The translations under genes were made by a program, and so were the position numbers. Positions 26,909 through 35,752 of a stretch of DNA of 42,804 nt are shown here, piece after piece. Location: assembly GCA_036788555.1 (NCBI GenBank), contig DAIQND010000001.1:1-42804 (forward strand), read 5' to 3'. The notes beneath the pieces were generated by a model. The model was not told the DNA's origin and made no database searches. It saw nothing but the letters and a program-made list of their open reading frames with translations. How positions within the stretch are numbered: the stretch's first letter is position 1; every line of letters starts with the position of its first letter. Origin of the DNA: Solirubrobacteraceae bacterium (GTDB lineage Bacteria; Actinomycetota; Thermoleophilia; Solirubrobacterales; Solirubrobacteraceae).

Positions 26909-27895
26909 GTGCTGGGCGAGCGGTTCAGGGTTCGCGCCCTCCGCGGTGCCTGCGGGGCGCTGGCCGCCGCGACCGCCGGACTCTCGCTGCTGGCGGGGGG
27001 CTCGCCGTCGGCGGCGGCGTCTCGCCTGACCCCAGGCCGCCTCAGCGGATACCTGGCGGCCGGGGGGAGGACGACCCGCGTGCCGGCGGATCTGAACCCG
27101 CCCCTCCAGACCGCAGCCACCGCGATCCCGGCGATCGCGCGAAACCACTGCCACCTTCAGCTTCTGGGGGTGCGGAGCCGGCCGTGCGTGTACGGTGACC
27201 GACGGTCCACCACGTCGGTGGTGGTGTTCGGCGACTCCCATGCCGCCGCGTGGTTTCCCGCCTTGGCGCTGATCAGCAAGCAGCAGCACTGGCGCCTGAT
27301 CGATCTCACCAAGGCTGGCTGCTCGCCCGCCGAGGTCAACATCCGGCTGCACAACGTCGCCGCCTATCCGTACTGCAACCAGTGGAGGCGCAACGCGCAG
27401 GCCCAGATCGCGGCGATCCATCCCGCCCTGGTGATCGTCACCTGGGCACGGTGGATCGAAGCGCCTGAGGCACGACCGCTCCCCGGGGTCCCCGGCGGCC
27501 GCGGCACCGCCTGGGCGGATGGTGTGGCGGCGATCTTCGGATTCCTCGATCGCTCAGCCGGCCGGGTGATCTTCATATCCGATACGCCGACGCTCGACCA
27601 GCAGGCTCCCCCGTGCGTCGCCGCCCACCCCTCCGACGTCTTCGCATGCACGACGAGCCGCAGCGCCGCCGTGCGTCTACCCGCCGTCAAGCAGGAAGAG
27701 CTTCAGCTAGCTCACCGCGAGCACATCCCGACGATCGACCCGACGTCGTGGTTCTGCACCTCCACCCGCTGCCCGGTGATCGTCGCCAACCTGATGGTGT
27801 ACCGGGACGACTCGCACATGACCCCCGCCTGGTCGCGGTTCGTAGCGCCGGTGCTGGCCGGCCCGATCCTCAGGATCATGGGCGGGTCGCGCTGA
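26909..27895 (+). CDS. Secreted SGNH-domain protein (type usually fused to AT3 acyltransferases)
   Basis: Signal-like N-terminus, GDSHA block I, K.GC, YRDDSH.T catalytic DxxH, paired cysteines. Confidence 0.8.
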   Translation: MLGERFRVRALRGACGALAAATAGLSLLAGGSPSAAASRLTPGRLSGYLAAGGRTTRVPADLNPPLQTAATAIPAIARNHCHLQLLGVRSRPCVYGDRRSTTSVVVFGDSHAAAWFPALALISKQQHWRLIDLTKAGCSPAEVNIRLHNVAAYPYCNQWRRNAQAQIAAIHPALVIVTWARWIEAPEARPLPGVPGGRGTAWADGVAAIFGFLDRSAGRVIFISDTPTLDQQAPPCVAAHPSDVFACTTSRSAAVRLPAVKQEELQLAHREHIPTIDPTSWFCTSTRCPVIVANLMVYRDDSHMTPAWSRFVAPVLAGPILRIMGGSR

Positions 27896-27918
27896 TTCGC
27901 GGCTCCCGCCGCGCCCGG

Positions 27919-28104
27919 TCAGCGGGTCGACTTCTTGGCGGCGCTGCGGACGCGGCCCACGGTGTTCTTGGCCTTGCCCTTCAGCTCTTCGCCCGCTCCG
28001 CGCGCCTCGGTGCCCGGGCGGCCCGCCGCGGCGCCGGCCTCGCGCTTACCGCGCCCTTTGAGCTCCTCGACCTTTCCTTTGATCCTCTGAGCACGATCAC
28101 CCAC
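27919..28104 (-). CDS. CsbD family general stress protein
   Basis: 61 aa, KGK.EE.KG..K...G, EA.G..EE.KGKAK; RBS GAAGGGAG. Confidence 0.85.
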   Translation of the reverse strand: MGDRAQRIKGKVEELKGRGKREAGAAAGRPGTEARGAGEELKGKAKNTVGRVRSAAKKSTR

Positions 28105-28189
28105 GGCTACTCCCTTCGGCTCTGATCTGATGTGAGCTTGTTCTACCCCTCCGGGGGCCTGGCCACGCGTCGCTCGCCGGCTCCGGGCG

Positions 28190-28870
28190 CTAGACGAGCA
28201 TCGCGCGTCCTGACAGCTCGGTCGTGCGCGCCAGCACGTCCTCGTAGCCCCGCTCCAGCTCCGGCAGGCGCCGCAGCTTCCAGATCACCTGGGCATGCGC
28301 CCACGCCAGCTCGCGCGCCGCGACGATCGACCACATCGCCAGGGCATTGTCCACCTCGGCGGGCACGACGTCCTCTATGTCGGCGATCAGGCCGCTCTTG
28401 AACCATCCGGCCACCCGGCCTTCGACGGCGTTGAGGATCGAGTTGACCTGCTCGTAGTCTGCGTGTTGCGAGGTTCCATCCGCAGGGGCGAGGCCGAGCT
28501 CCTGGCAGGTCTGGACGATCGCCAGCGGCAGATCGTGGTTGATGTGAGCGTTCATGCCCGCGAGTGCGAACTGGACCGGCGCGTGGGCGCTCGAGCGCTG
28601 CTCGATCAGCGGCCTCCAGGCGGCCGGAGAGGGCGCGCCGGTTGCGATGGTCGCCTCCGCTTGGAAGTAGATGCCAGCGAACACGACATCGAGCCGATCG
28701 AGGAACCGCGGGTTCTCGAATACGGTGTTCTCGCTGGCCGCGAGCACCGCCCGGGTGACGGCGAGATAGAGGCGGTTGAAATAGGCGACGCCGTCCTTGC
28801 GCGGCAGCGACGCGTCCACCTCCGCCATGCGCGCGATGACGTGCGCAATCGCCTCCGTCGCGCGGCTCAT
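28190..28870 (-). CDS. Uncharacterised protein resembling DUF5995 (from memory)
   Basis: Start revised to ATG 28870; DGVAYFNRLYL.VT, LAGMNAHINHDL, DY..VN. Confidence 0.7.
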   Translation of the reverse strand: MSRATEAIAHVIARMAEVDASLPRKDGVAYFNRLYLAVTRAVLAASENTVFENPRFLDRLDVVFAGIYFQAEATIATGAPSPAAWRPLIEQRSSAHAPVQFALAGMNAHINHDLPLAIVQTCQELGLAPADGTSQHADYEQVNSILNAVEGRVAGWFKSGLIADIEDVVPAEVDNALAMWSIVAARELAWAHAQVIWKLRRLPELERGYEDVLARTTELSGRAMLV

Positions 28871-28878
28871 GCGTTGCC

Positions 28879-29388
28879 TCAGAACTGGCGTGGGAATGCG
28901 ACCGGCGAGACGCTGAGCCGCGCTGGTCCGGGACCGCAGAGGTCGAACCGACCGGCGTACCACACCAATCCGGACGAGGTGGCCGGCGGCACGATGCGCA
29001 TTCCGTAGGCGAACACCGCCGCCGGGCACGGGCCGCTCACGGCAAAGGTGATGCTGAAGAACGCTCGGTGCCACGGCGCCAGGACGACCGCCCGCGCCGG
29101 GCCGCCGAAGTGGCTTTCCCGGGTCGCCATCGGCTGCGCGGCGCTGCCCAGCAGTCGAGCCGCCGGGTAGCCCTTCAGCCGGCAGCTCACCGTTCCGACG
29201 TTGCGCAGAGCGAAGTCCCACCCTCGGTGGCTAGTGAAGTCGTTCTCGCCGATCTTGTCGAGCCTCAGGCTCCTCGTCGCGCAGCCGGCGGTCTGCGACG
29301 CGGAGCTGGCCGCCGGGACTGACAGCGCCGCAGCCGCCAGCAGGGCGCCGCAGGCCCCGATCGCTGTTCTCGTCTTGAGCAAGTTCAT
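28879..29388 (-). CDS. Secreted protein resembling DUF4232 (from memory)
   Basis: ATG 29388 with RBS GGAGGTG; signal peptide; C...L.L, N.G...C.L.GYP motif. Confidence 0.7.
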   Translation of the reverse strand: MNLLKTRTAIGACGALLAAAALSVPAASSASQTAGCATRSLRLDKIGENDFTSHRGWDFALRNVGTVSCRLKGYPAARLLGSAAQPMATRESHFGGPARAVVLAPWHRAFFSITFAVSGPCPAAVFAYGMRIVPPATSSGLVWYAGRFDLCGPGPARLSVSPVAFPRQF

Positions 29389-29454
29389 CGCTACACCTCC
29401 TCGATCGGTCACCGGTTGTGCACCGTTCCAGCTGCCACCCGCGGCCAGTGAATG

Positions 29455-30135
29455 CTAGACGTGCCCGAACTTCGCGAGCGCCTCCGACAGCGACAGCCCC
29501 GAGCGCAGCTCGCGCCGGATCTCGCGCTCCCTGCCCCCGATCGCCTCGGCCTTCTCAAGCACCTCCGCGCTCACGGCAGCAGGAATCACGACCGCACCGT
29601 CCTCGTCACCCAGCAGGAAATCACCCGGATTGACATCGACCTGGCGCGTCGTGGCGCCCGGCATCGATACCGGAACGTTCCGCGCCGTCACCTTCCAGCG
29701 TCCGATCGACTGGATCGGCGAGCGGTACCGGGCGTAGACAGGAAACCCAAGATCCCGCAGCCACGGAAGATCGCGCACCCCGCCATCGACCAACGCCCCG
29801 ACGCACCCCCGCTCCTTCATGCCGATCGCGATCAGCTCGCCGAAGAATGCGACTCCCTCCCCGCCCCCCGCCCACACCGACACGCAGCCTGGCCCGAGCT
29901 CCGCGCATGCCGCCATCTTCTCCGGGTCGCCACCGTCGTGGCCGTAGGGGAGCATCTGGCCCCGGATCGTGTACGCCCAGCCGGCGAGCTTTCCGCCGCC
30001 CGCGGGCCGCGTCGCGAAGCTCGGGTGTAGACCCTGGTCGGGCAGGCCGAGGCTGTCGAGTACGTCGGCGGCGTTGGCTGTCTCGACGGCGAGAAAGCGT
30101 TCGCGGATCGCCGTTCTCCCAGCGGCTTCAGGCAT
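29455..30135 (-). CDS. RraA/HMG-aldolase family protein
   Basis: T.NAADVLD, LAG.A.T, GEL, GALVDGGVRD, PGD...GD.DG.VVIP. Confidence 0.88.
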   Translation of the reverse strand: MPEAAGRTAIRERFLAVETANAADVLDSLGLPDQGLHPSFATRPAGGGKLAGWAYTIRGQMLPYGHDGGDPEKMAACAELGPGCVSVWAGGGEGVAFFGELIAIGMKERGCVGALVDGGVRDLPWLRDLGFPVYARYRSPIQSIGRWKVTARNVPVSMPGATTRQVDVNPGDFLLGDEDGAVVIPAAVSAEVLEKAEAIGGREREIRRELRSGLSLSEALAKFGHV

Positions 30136-30166
30136 GGCTCCTCGTCCCGCGTTCGCTCGTCCCCGC

Positions 30167-30952
30167 TCACACCGCGGGTATCAGGCCTCCGTCGACGCGC
30201 AGCGTCGACCCGGTGATGTAGGACGCGGCCTCGCTGGCCAAAAACGCGACGGCGGCGCCGTACTCCTCGGGGCGGCCGTAGCGACCGACCGGGATCGTCG
30301 CCGCGCTGGCCCGTTCGGCCTCCTCGACGCTGATGCCCTCCCGCTGGGCGCGGGCTGCGTCGAGTTCGCGCACCCGTCGCGTGGCCACCCGGCCGGGGAG
30401 GACGACGTTGACGGTGATCCCGTGTGGCGCCAGCTCAACCGACAGTGTCTTACTCCATCCGAGCAGCGCCGCGCGAAGCGAATTGGAGATAGCCAGGTTC
30501 GGGATCGGCGCGGCGATCCCTGAGGAGGTGTTGGTGATGATCCGCCCCCACCCGAGCGTGCGCATCCCTGGGATCACCAGGTCGGTGAGGTGGATCACGC
30601 CGAGGACCATCGAACGGAACTGCTGTGACCACAGGTCGGTCTCGACATCGCTTGCCCTCGTCGGTGGGGGACCGCCGCTGTTGTTGAACAGGATCGCGAT
30701 TTCGCCGAACACATTCCGGACGCGGTCCAGGGCATCCGGAAACGACTCGAGGTCCGCCAGGTCGAGCGCGAATGCTTCGGCCCTCCCTCCCTCCCGCTCG
30801 ATCGTCTCCACGGTGCCTCGAAGAGGCTCGAGCGTCCGCCCCGCGACGGCGATCTGCGCTCCTTCGCCTGACAGTGCACGCGCAACCGCGGCACCGAGGC
30901 CGCTTCCGGCACCGAGGACCAGGGCGGTCTTGTTCTCCAGCCCGAGGTTCAT
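30167..30952 (-). CDS. SDR family oxidoreductase (atypical active site, SNSLR instead of YxxxK)
   Basis: LGAGSGLG, NNSGGPP, PIPNLAISNS.R, GITVN.V.PG, GRYG.PEE, VDGG. Confidence 0.9.
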   Translation of the reverse strand: MNLGLENKTALVLGAGSGLGAAVARALSGEGAQIAVAGRTLEPLRGTVETIEREGGRAEAFALDLADLESFPDALDRVRNVFGEIAILFNNSGGPPPTRASDVETDLWSQQFRSMVLGVIHLTDLVIPGMRTLGWGRIITNTSSGIAAPIPNLAISNSLRAALLGWSKTLSVELAPHGITVNVVLPGRVATRRVRELDAARAQREGISVEEAERASAATIPVGRYGRPEEYGAAVAFLASEAASYITGSTLRVDGGLIPAV

Positions 30953-30967
30953 CGCCGTCGTGACACC

Positions 30968-31801
30968 TTACGTGCCCACGACCAGGGGCGCGTGGCGCTT
31001 GCGCAGGAGGCTGACCACGGATAAGGCGGTGATACGCCCGGTGCGGGGATTCTCGGAGGGGACGTTCTCGATGTGCATGCGGAAGTCTGCTACCTCAGCC
31101 GTGACTTCGATGTCGTGGGTGTTGCGAGTCACGGTGGGATCGATCCACACCTCAACGTGCGTCCGGTCTGCGCCAGCGCCGGCGAGCGCCAGCGCAGCGG
31201 CGACGTTCAGGTTCGCCGGAAAACCCGCCGCGGCATCCCGTGCCGAGCCCGAGAAGACGATCTGCGGCTCAGTGATCGACTCCGGGTCGAGCTTCGATTG
31301 CGTGAGATGCGGCGCGCCGGCGAGCCCGCGCGGGGGCTTGCGGCTGATCATCCTGACCGAGTGAATGCCTCCCTCCGCCGCCGCGCTAACCGCGTCGAGG
31401 CCGAGCAGGGCGCCGGTCGGAACGCTGATCCGCCCGCCGTGCGCCTCGGCCATCTCGACCAGCTCCGGGCGCTGCAGCAGAGCGCCTGCGCTCAGCACCA
31501 CGACCTCCTTGCCCGCGCGGAGCATCGGCTCGGCGATCCGGGGCAGGAGTTCGGCAGGGGCAGATTCGACGACGAGGTCTGACACTGGCTCAAGCTCCTC
31601 AAGCGGCACAACCGGCACGACGATTTCGAGCCGCGCCAGGTTGCGCTCGGCCTTCTCGACGTCCGCGGCCGAAACCGCCGACAGCTGGACGCCGGGGATG
31701 CCCTTCGCAACGTGCCGGGCCACCTCCTGGCCCACGGCGCCGAACCCGGCGAGGCCGATCCGGCTGACATCGCGATCGCGCATCCTCGGTCGGCTGCTCA
31801 C
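30968..31801 (-). CDS. L-aspartate dehydrogenase (NadX)-like protein
   Basis: G.GAVG, VVE.A, S.GAL, GA..GLD, RKPP, FP.N.NVAAAL, N.H.I, N.PS.NP.T; GTGA-coupled to the upstream gene (alternative ATG 31783). Confidence 0.88.
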   Translation of the reverse strand: MSSRPRMRDRDVSRIGLAGFGAVGQEVARHVAKGIPGVQLSAVSAADVEKAERNLARLEIVVPVVPLEELEPVSDLVVESAPAELLPRIAEPMLRAGKEVVVLSAGALLQRPELVEMAEAHGGRISVPTGALLGLDAVSAAAEGGIHSVRMISRKPPRGLAGAPHLTQSKLDPESITEPQIVFSGSARDAAAGFPANLNVAAALALAGAGADRTHVEVWIDPTVTRNTHDIEVTAEVADFRMHIENVPSENPRTGRITALSVVSLLRKRHAPLVVGT

Positions 31802-32715
31802 ACCGCCGCGTGGGCGGTGTCCTGCCGCGGCGGACTCTGAACCTCCCGCGCGAAGTGGTCGGCAATCTCGCCCGCTGTGGTGAACCAGATCCGGTCGTTC
31901 GCGCTCGTGATCGTCCTGAGCGCTTCACGGAAGCGCCGCAGGCGGTACGGCTGGCCGACGATGAAGCTGTGGATCGTGATCCCGCACGCCAGCGGCTGAC
32001 GTTCTGACTGCTCGAGCATCTCGGCCACGGCGTCCATCGCCATCTCGGCGAAGTCGCGCATCGGAAGGTCGTGGAGGACGATCGCCGGTACGTCGTTTAC
32101 ATCGTGCGGATAGGGGACGGCCAGGATCGGGCCGCCGCGCGTCGTAAGCCAAACCGGCTGGTCGTCCACGGGCCAGTCGAGGGTGTACTTGAACCCGAGC
32201 TCGCCGAGGATGTCTTCGGTCAGCTCACTGGGGTTGGCAGCGGGGCTCATCCAGCCGCGTGGCGCCACACCGTCACCTTCCTCGAGGATGCGCTTGACGG
32301 CACCGATCAGCTCACGCTCCTGCTGTTCGGAGAGGCCGTTGGGTGGCTGTGCGTTCGTCATCCCGTGGGCGACGAACTCGGCTCCCGCACTGCGATACGC
32401 CGCGATCAGCTGCGGGCAATGCTCATAGCAGGCGCCGTTGACGAGCGCCGTCGGCGGGATTTCGAAGCTGCTCAGCAGGTCGAGCACCCGAAAGCCACCG
32501 ACCCGGTTGCCGTACTCGCGCCACGCCCAGTTGTAGGTGTTCGGATGGCCCAGGCCGGGGGAGTAGGACAGGCCGAGGCCGCCGGTGTTGTAGGGGAAGT
32601 GCTCGATGCAGACGGCGACGTACACGGCCAGCCGCCGTCCGTCTGGCCAGCTGAAGTCCGCGCGCTCGGTGATCGGCGAGTACTGGAATCGGTTGTGGCT
32701 CGGCAGCGCCGTCAT
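31798..32715 (-). CDS. Polysaccharide deacetylase (CE4), PuuE-like allantoinase/amidase family
   Basis: Start revised to ATG 32715 with purine-rich RBS; YSPI..R....WPDG.RLAV, WREYGNRVG, AHG, P.GW, DDQP, ND, H....GQP.R. Confidence 0.85.
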   Translation of the reverse strand: MTALPSHNRFQYSPITERADFSWPDGRRLAVYVAVCIEHFPYNTGGLGLSYSPGLGHPNTYNWAWREYGNRVGGFRVLDLLSSFEIPPTALVNGACYEHCPQLIAAYRSAGAEFVAHGMTNAQPPNGLSEQQERELIGAVKRILEEGDGVAPRGWMSPAANPSELTEDILGELGFKYTLDWPVDDQPVWLTTRGGPILAVPYPHDVNDVPAIVLHDLPMRDFAEMAMDAVAEMLEQSERQPLACGITIHSFIVGQPYRLRRFREALRTITSANDRIWFTTAGEIADHFAREVQSPPRQDTAHAAV

Positions 32716-32787
32716 GTCTCCCCTTCCTCTCTCGGCTGGGCACTGTATCCGAGCATCTTTCGGCCTTGTGTACGATGCCGCGAGTCG

Positions 32788-33588
32788 ATGGCGGAAACTG
32801 CGCAGCACGACGGTCCGGTCAGGGGCACTCGTCTCAAGGACAAGGTCGTCCTGATCACCGGAGGCGGGACCGGAATCGGACGCGCGAGCGCGGAGGCATG
32901 TGCTGCGCAGGGCGCCCGCATCGCGGTAGCCGGGCGCCGGCCCGAGCCGCTCGAGGAGGCGGTGGCCGCCATCCGTGATCGCGGCGGTCAGGCCACGGCG
33001 ATCCCCGGCGACGTTGGCGTCGCCGAGGATGCCGCTCGCATGGTTCGCGAGACTTTGAGCGAGTTCGGCCAGCTCGACGTCCTGGTGAACTGTGCTGGGC
33101 AGGAGCTCGTCGCCAACGTCCTCGACACCTCCGAGGAGTGGTGGGATCGGGTCCTCGACACCAACCTCAAGGCGGTTTACCTGCTGTCCCGGGAGGCGCT
33201 TCCCCACATGATCGAGCGGCGATGTGGAGTGATCATCAATGTCGCCTCGCAGCTCGCCTTCGTCGGCGCACAGAACTTCGCCGCCTACACCGCCTCCAAG
33301 GGCGGGGTCATCAATCTCACGCGGGCGATGTCGCTCGACCATGCAAAGGACGGCATCCGTGTCAATGCCCTGTGTCCGGGAGCTGTGGACACGCCCCTGC
33401 TTCGCCGCCAGTTCGAGGACTCGCTCGGCCCGCAGGGGACGCTTGAGGACCTGGCCAAGCTCCACCCGGTGGGGCGGCTCGGGCGCCCGGAGGAGATCGC
33501 CCACGCGACGGTGTTCCTCGCCTCGGACGAATCATCCTTCATGACTGGCTCGATGCTGGTCATGGACGGCGGATACATCGCGTGGTGA
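32788..33588 (+). CDS. Classical SDR family oxidoreductase
   Basis: Start revised to ATG 32788; TGGGTGIG, NCAG, N.AS, YTASK, IRVN..CPG, DGG. Confidence 0.92.
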   Translation: MAETAQHDGPVRGTRLKDKVVLITGGGTGIGRASAEACAAQGARIAVAGRRPEPLEEAVAAIRDRGGQATAIPGDVGVAEDAARMVRETLSEFGQLDVLVNCAGQELVANVLDTSEEWWDRVLDTNLKAVYLLSREALPHMIERRCGVIINVASQLAFVGAQNFAAYTASKGGVINLTRAMSLDHAKDGIRVNALCPGAVDTPLLRRQFEDSLGPQGTLEDLAKLHPVGRLGRPEEIAHATVFLASDESSFMTGSMLVMDGGYIAW

Positions 33589-33629
33589 CGCCGGCCGAGC
33601 TCGGCCGCGCAACACAAACCGAGGGCACG

Positions 33630-34595
33630 ATGCGAATCGACGTGCACGCGCATTACTGGACCGATGACTATCTCGACCGGCTCGTCGAACTCGGCAAGGG
33701 CGACACGGGTACGCAGCGCGGGATGGGTGCTGGCGCCGGTGCGGAGCTCGATGCGCGGCTGCGGCTGATGGACCGGGCGGGGGTCGAGATGCAGGTGCTG
33801 TCCGCCTCGCCGCAGCTGCCCCACGGCCATGACCGGCACAAGTCGATGGCGGCCGCCAGATTCGTCAACGACCAATACGCGGCGCTGGTCGAACGTCATC
33901 CAGACCGGTTTCGCGCGTTCGCGGCTATGCCGATGCCACACATCGATGAGTCGATTGCGGAGATGGGGCGGGCGCTGGATGACCTGGGGATGGTCGGTGT
34001 CACCCTGAACACCACGGTTCTCGGGCGCGCGCTGGTCGAACCTGACTTCGAGCCGATCTTTGCCGAGCTGGACCGCAGGGGCGCCGTCCTGTTCCTTCAC
34101 CCGGCGGGCAACAACGCGTGCTCGCCGCTGATCGGCGACTTCGGCTTGACCTGGATGGTCGGCGCTCCGGTGGAGGACACGATCTGCGTGATGCACCTGA
34201 TCACGCATGGGATCCCGAGCAGGTATCCGAAGCTCAAGATCATCAACCCGCACCTCGGCGGCGCCCTTCCGATGCTGCTGCAGCGCGCCGATAACTACCA
34301 GTGGGAGGTGCCCGGCACTCCGGAGCTGCCCAGCGTCGCTGCCCGCCGGATGTGGTACGACACCGTCGGCCAATGCCACGTCCCAGCGCTGCGCTGCGCG
34401 ATCGACTCGCTCGGGGCGGGGCGACTCGTGCTCGGAACCGATTTCCCCTACGAGGCGGGTGACGTGTTCGTGCGCGCGATCGATTACATCAAGGACGGCT
34501 CGATCGACCCCGACGATGCCGAGGCGATCCTCGAGCGCAACGCGATGGCGCTGCTCGGCATCACCCGGGGCCCTGCGGCTCCGAGCATCCCGTAG
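33630..34595 (+). CDS. Amidohydrolase-2 family protein (ACMSD/aromatic decarboxylase-like)
   Basis: IDVHAH, FLHP, PHLGG.LP, GTDFPY; ATG 33630 with GAGGG, or coupled GTG 33585. Confidence 0.88.
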   Translation: MRIDVHAHYWTDDYLDRLVELGKGDTGTQRGMGAGAGAELDARLRLMDRAGVEMQVLSASPQLPHGHDRHKSMAAARFVNDQYAALVERHPDRFRAFAAMPMPHIDESIAEMGRALDDLGMVGVTLNTTVLGRALVEPDFEPIFAELDRRGAVLFLHPAGNNACSPLIGDFGLTWMVGAPVEDTICVMHLITHGIPSRYPKLKIINPHLGGALPMLLQRADNYQWEVPGTPELPSVAARRMWYDTVGQCHVPALRCAIDSLGAGRLVLGTDFPYEAGDVFVRAIDYIKDGSIDPDDAEAILERNAMALLGITRGPAAPSIP

Positions 34596-34607
34596 CGACA
34601 CCCGCCG

Positions 34608-35624
34608 CTAGGTCGAGATCATCTTCTTCTCGATCCCTACACCCGCGGCCACGGCACGCTCATACTCGAGCGGCACGGTGGCGGAGTCCTGAAGCGCGAT
34701 CCCGGTCGAATCAAACACGGTGATGTCATCGTCAGACGTCCGGCCGCCCTTCTTGCCCGCGACCACCTCACCGATTTCTCCGGCGATGTCCTCCTCGCTG
34801 ATGGCACCCTGGGAAAGCGGCACGTTGATCTCACCATCGGTACGACACTGACGTATGTCGTCGACGAAGACACGTGCCCGTTCGAGGATCGCCGCATCAA
34901 GCTCCTGGTCGCCACCCTTGTCCGCCCCGACTGCCGCGATGTGCATTCCGGGGGTGATCCAGGACTCCTGGACGATGGGACCACGCGCGGGCGTAACCGT
35001 GACAACGACATCGGCCCCGCGAACGACGTATTCGAGATCGAGCGATGCCTTGAGCGGGAACGAATATTTGGGCTGTTGCGCGCAGACAAACCCCGACAGG
35101 GTGGCTTGCGACCTGCTCCAGATCCGAGCCTCTTGCCATTCGAACACCTCGTTGCAGGTGGCGAGCGCTCCCTCGGCCATGTGGCCGGCGCCAACAATCG
35201 CGAGCACCCGCGAGTCCGGCCGCGCGAGCCACCGCGCCGAAACCGCCGCGGCGGCGCCGGTGCGCATCACCGTATGGTGGCTGCCGTCGCAGATCGCCAG
35301 TGGAAACCCGGTCTCCGGGTGCGTGTAGATCAGGATCGAGAACACCGTTGGTAGGCCGAACCGCTCGCGGTTCTGTTCGCGGATCGAGACCCACTTGCAC
35401 GCCGCAGCCTCAGGCTCCTCGATGTAGGAGGGCATCGCCTCCCATTCGCCCGGATACTTGTCGAGGACGATGTGACCCTTGGGCTCCATGAAGAACCGCC
35501 CTTCCCCGTGCATCCGGTAGGCCTGCTCGCAGCAGTCGACGTACTCGGCCGGCGTGAGGAGCCCCATCATGTCCGTCCTGCTGAGGATCAGGGTCTTGCG
35601 GTTGCGCCAATCCAGCTGAGTCAT
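34608..35624 (-). CDS. Ornithine cyclodeaminase/mu-crystallin family protein (imine reductase or alanine dehydrogenase-like)
   Basis: AMP.Y, KWVS, T.MRTGAA, VGAG, H..AVGAD..G.QE, FDSTG.A.QD. Confidence 0.9.
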   Translation of the reverse strand: MTQLDWRNRKTLILSRTDMMGLLTPAEYVDCCEQAYRMHGEGRFFMEPKGHIVLDKYPGEWEAMPSYIEEPEAAACKWVSIREQNRERFGLPTVFSILIYTHPETGFPLAICDGSHHTVMRTGAAAAVSARWLARPDSRVLAIVGAGHMAEGALATCNEVFEWQEARIWSRSQATLSGFVCAQQPKYSFPLKASLDLEYVVRGADVVVTVTPARGPIVQESWITPGMHIAAVGADKGGDQELDAAILERARVFVDDIRQCRTDGEINVPLSQGAISEEDIAGEIGEVVAGKKGGRTSDDDITVFDSTGIALQDSATVPLEYERAVAAGVGIEKKMIST

Positions 35625-35752
35625 GCTGCATCCCTCTCGTTGCGGTGAGCCTGCGGATCGACTCGACGGCTGACGAACCTACCTCATCCGATCTGTGCCG
35701 AGGTCGTTTTGGGCGGTCGAGCCGTCCTTCCCAACGCCTACGCTGGCGGTCG

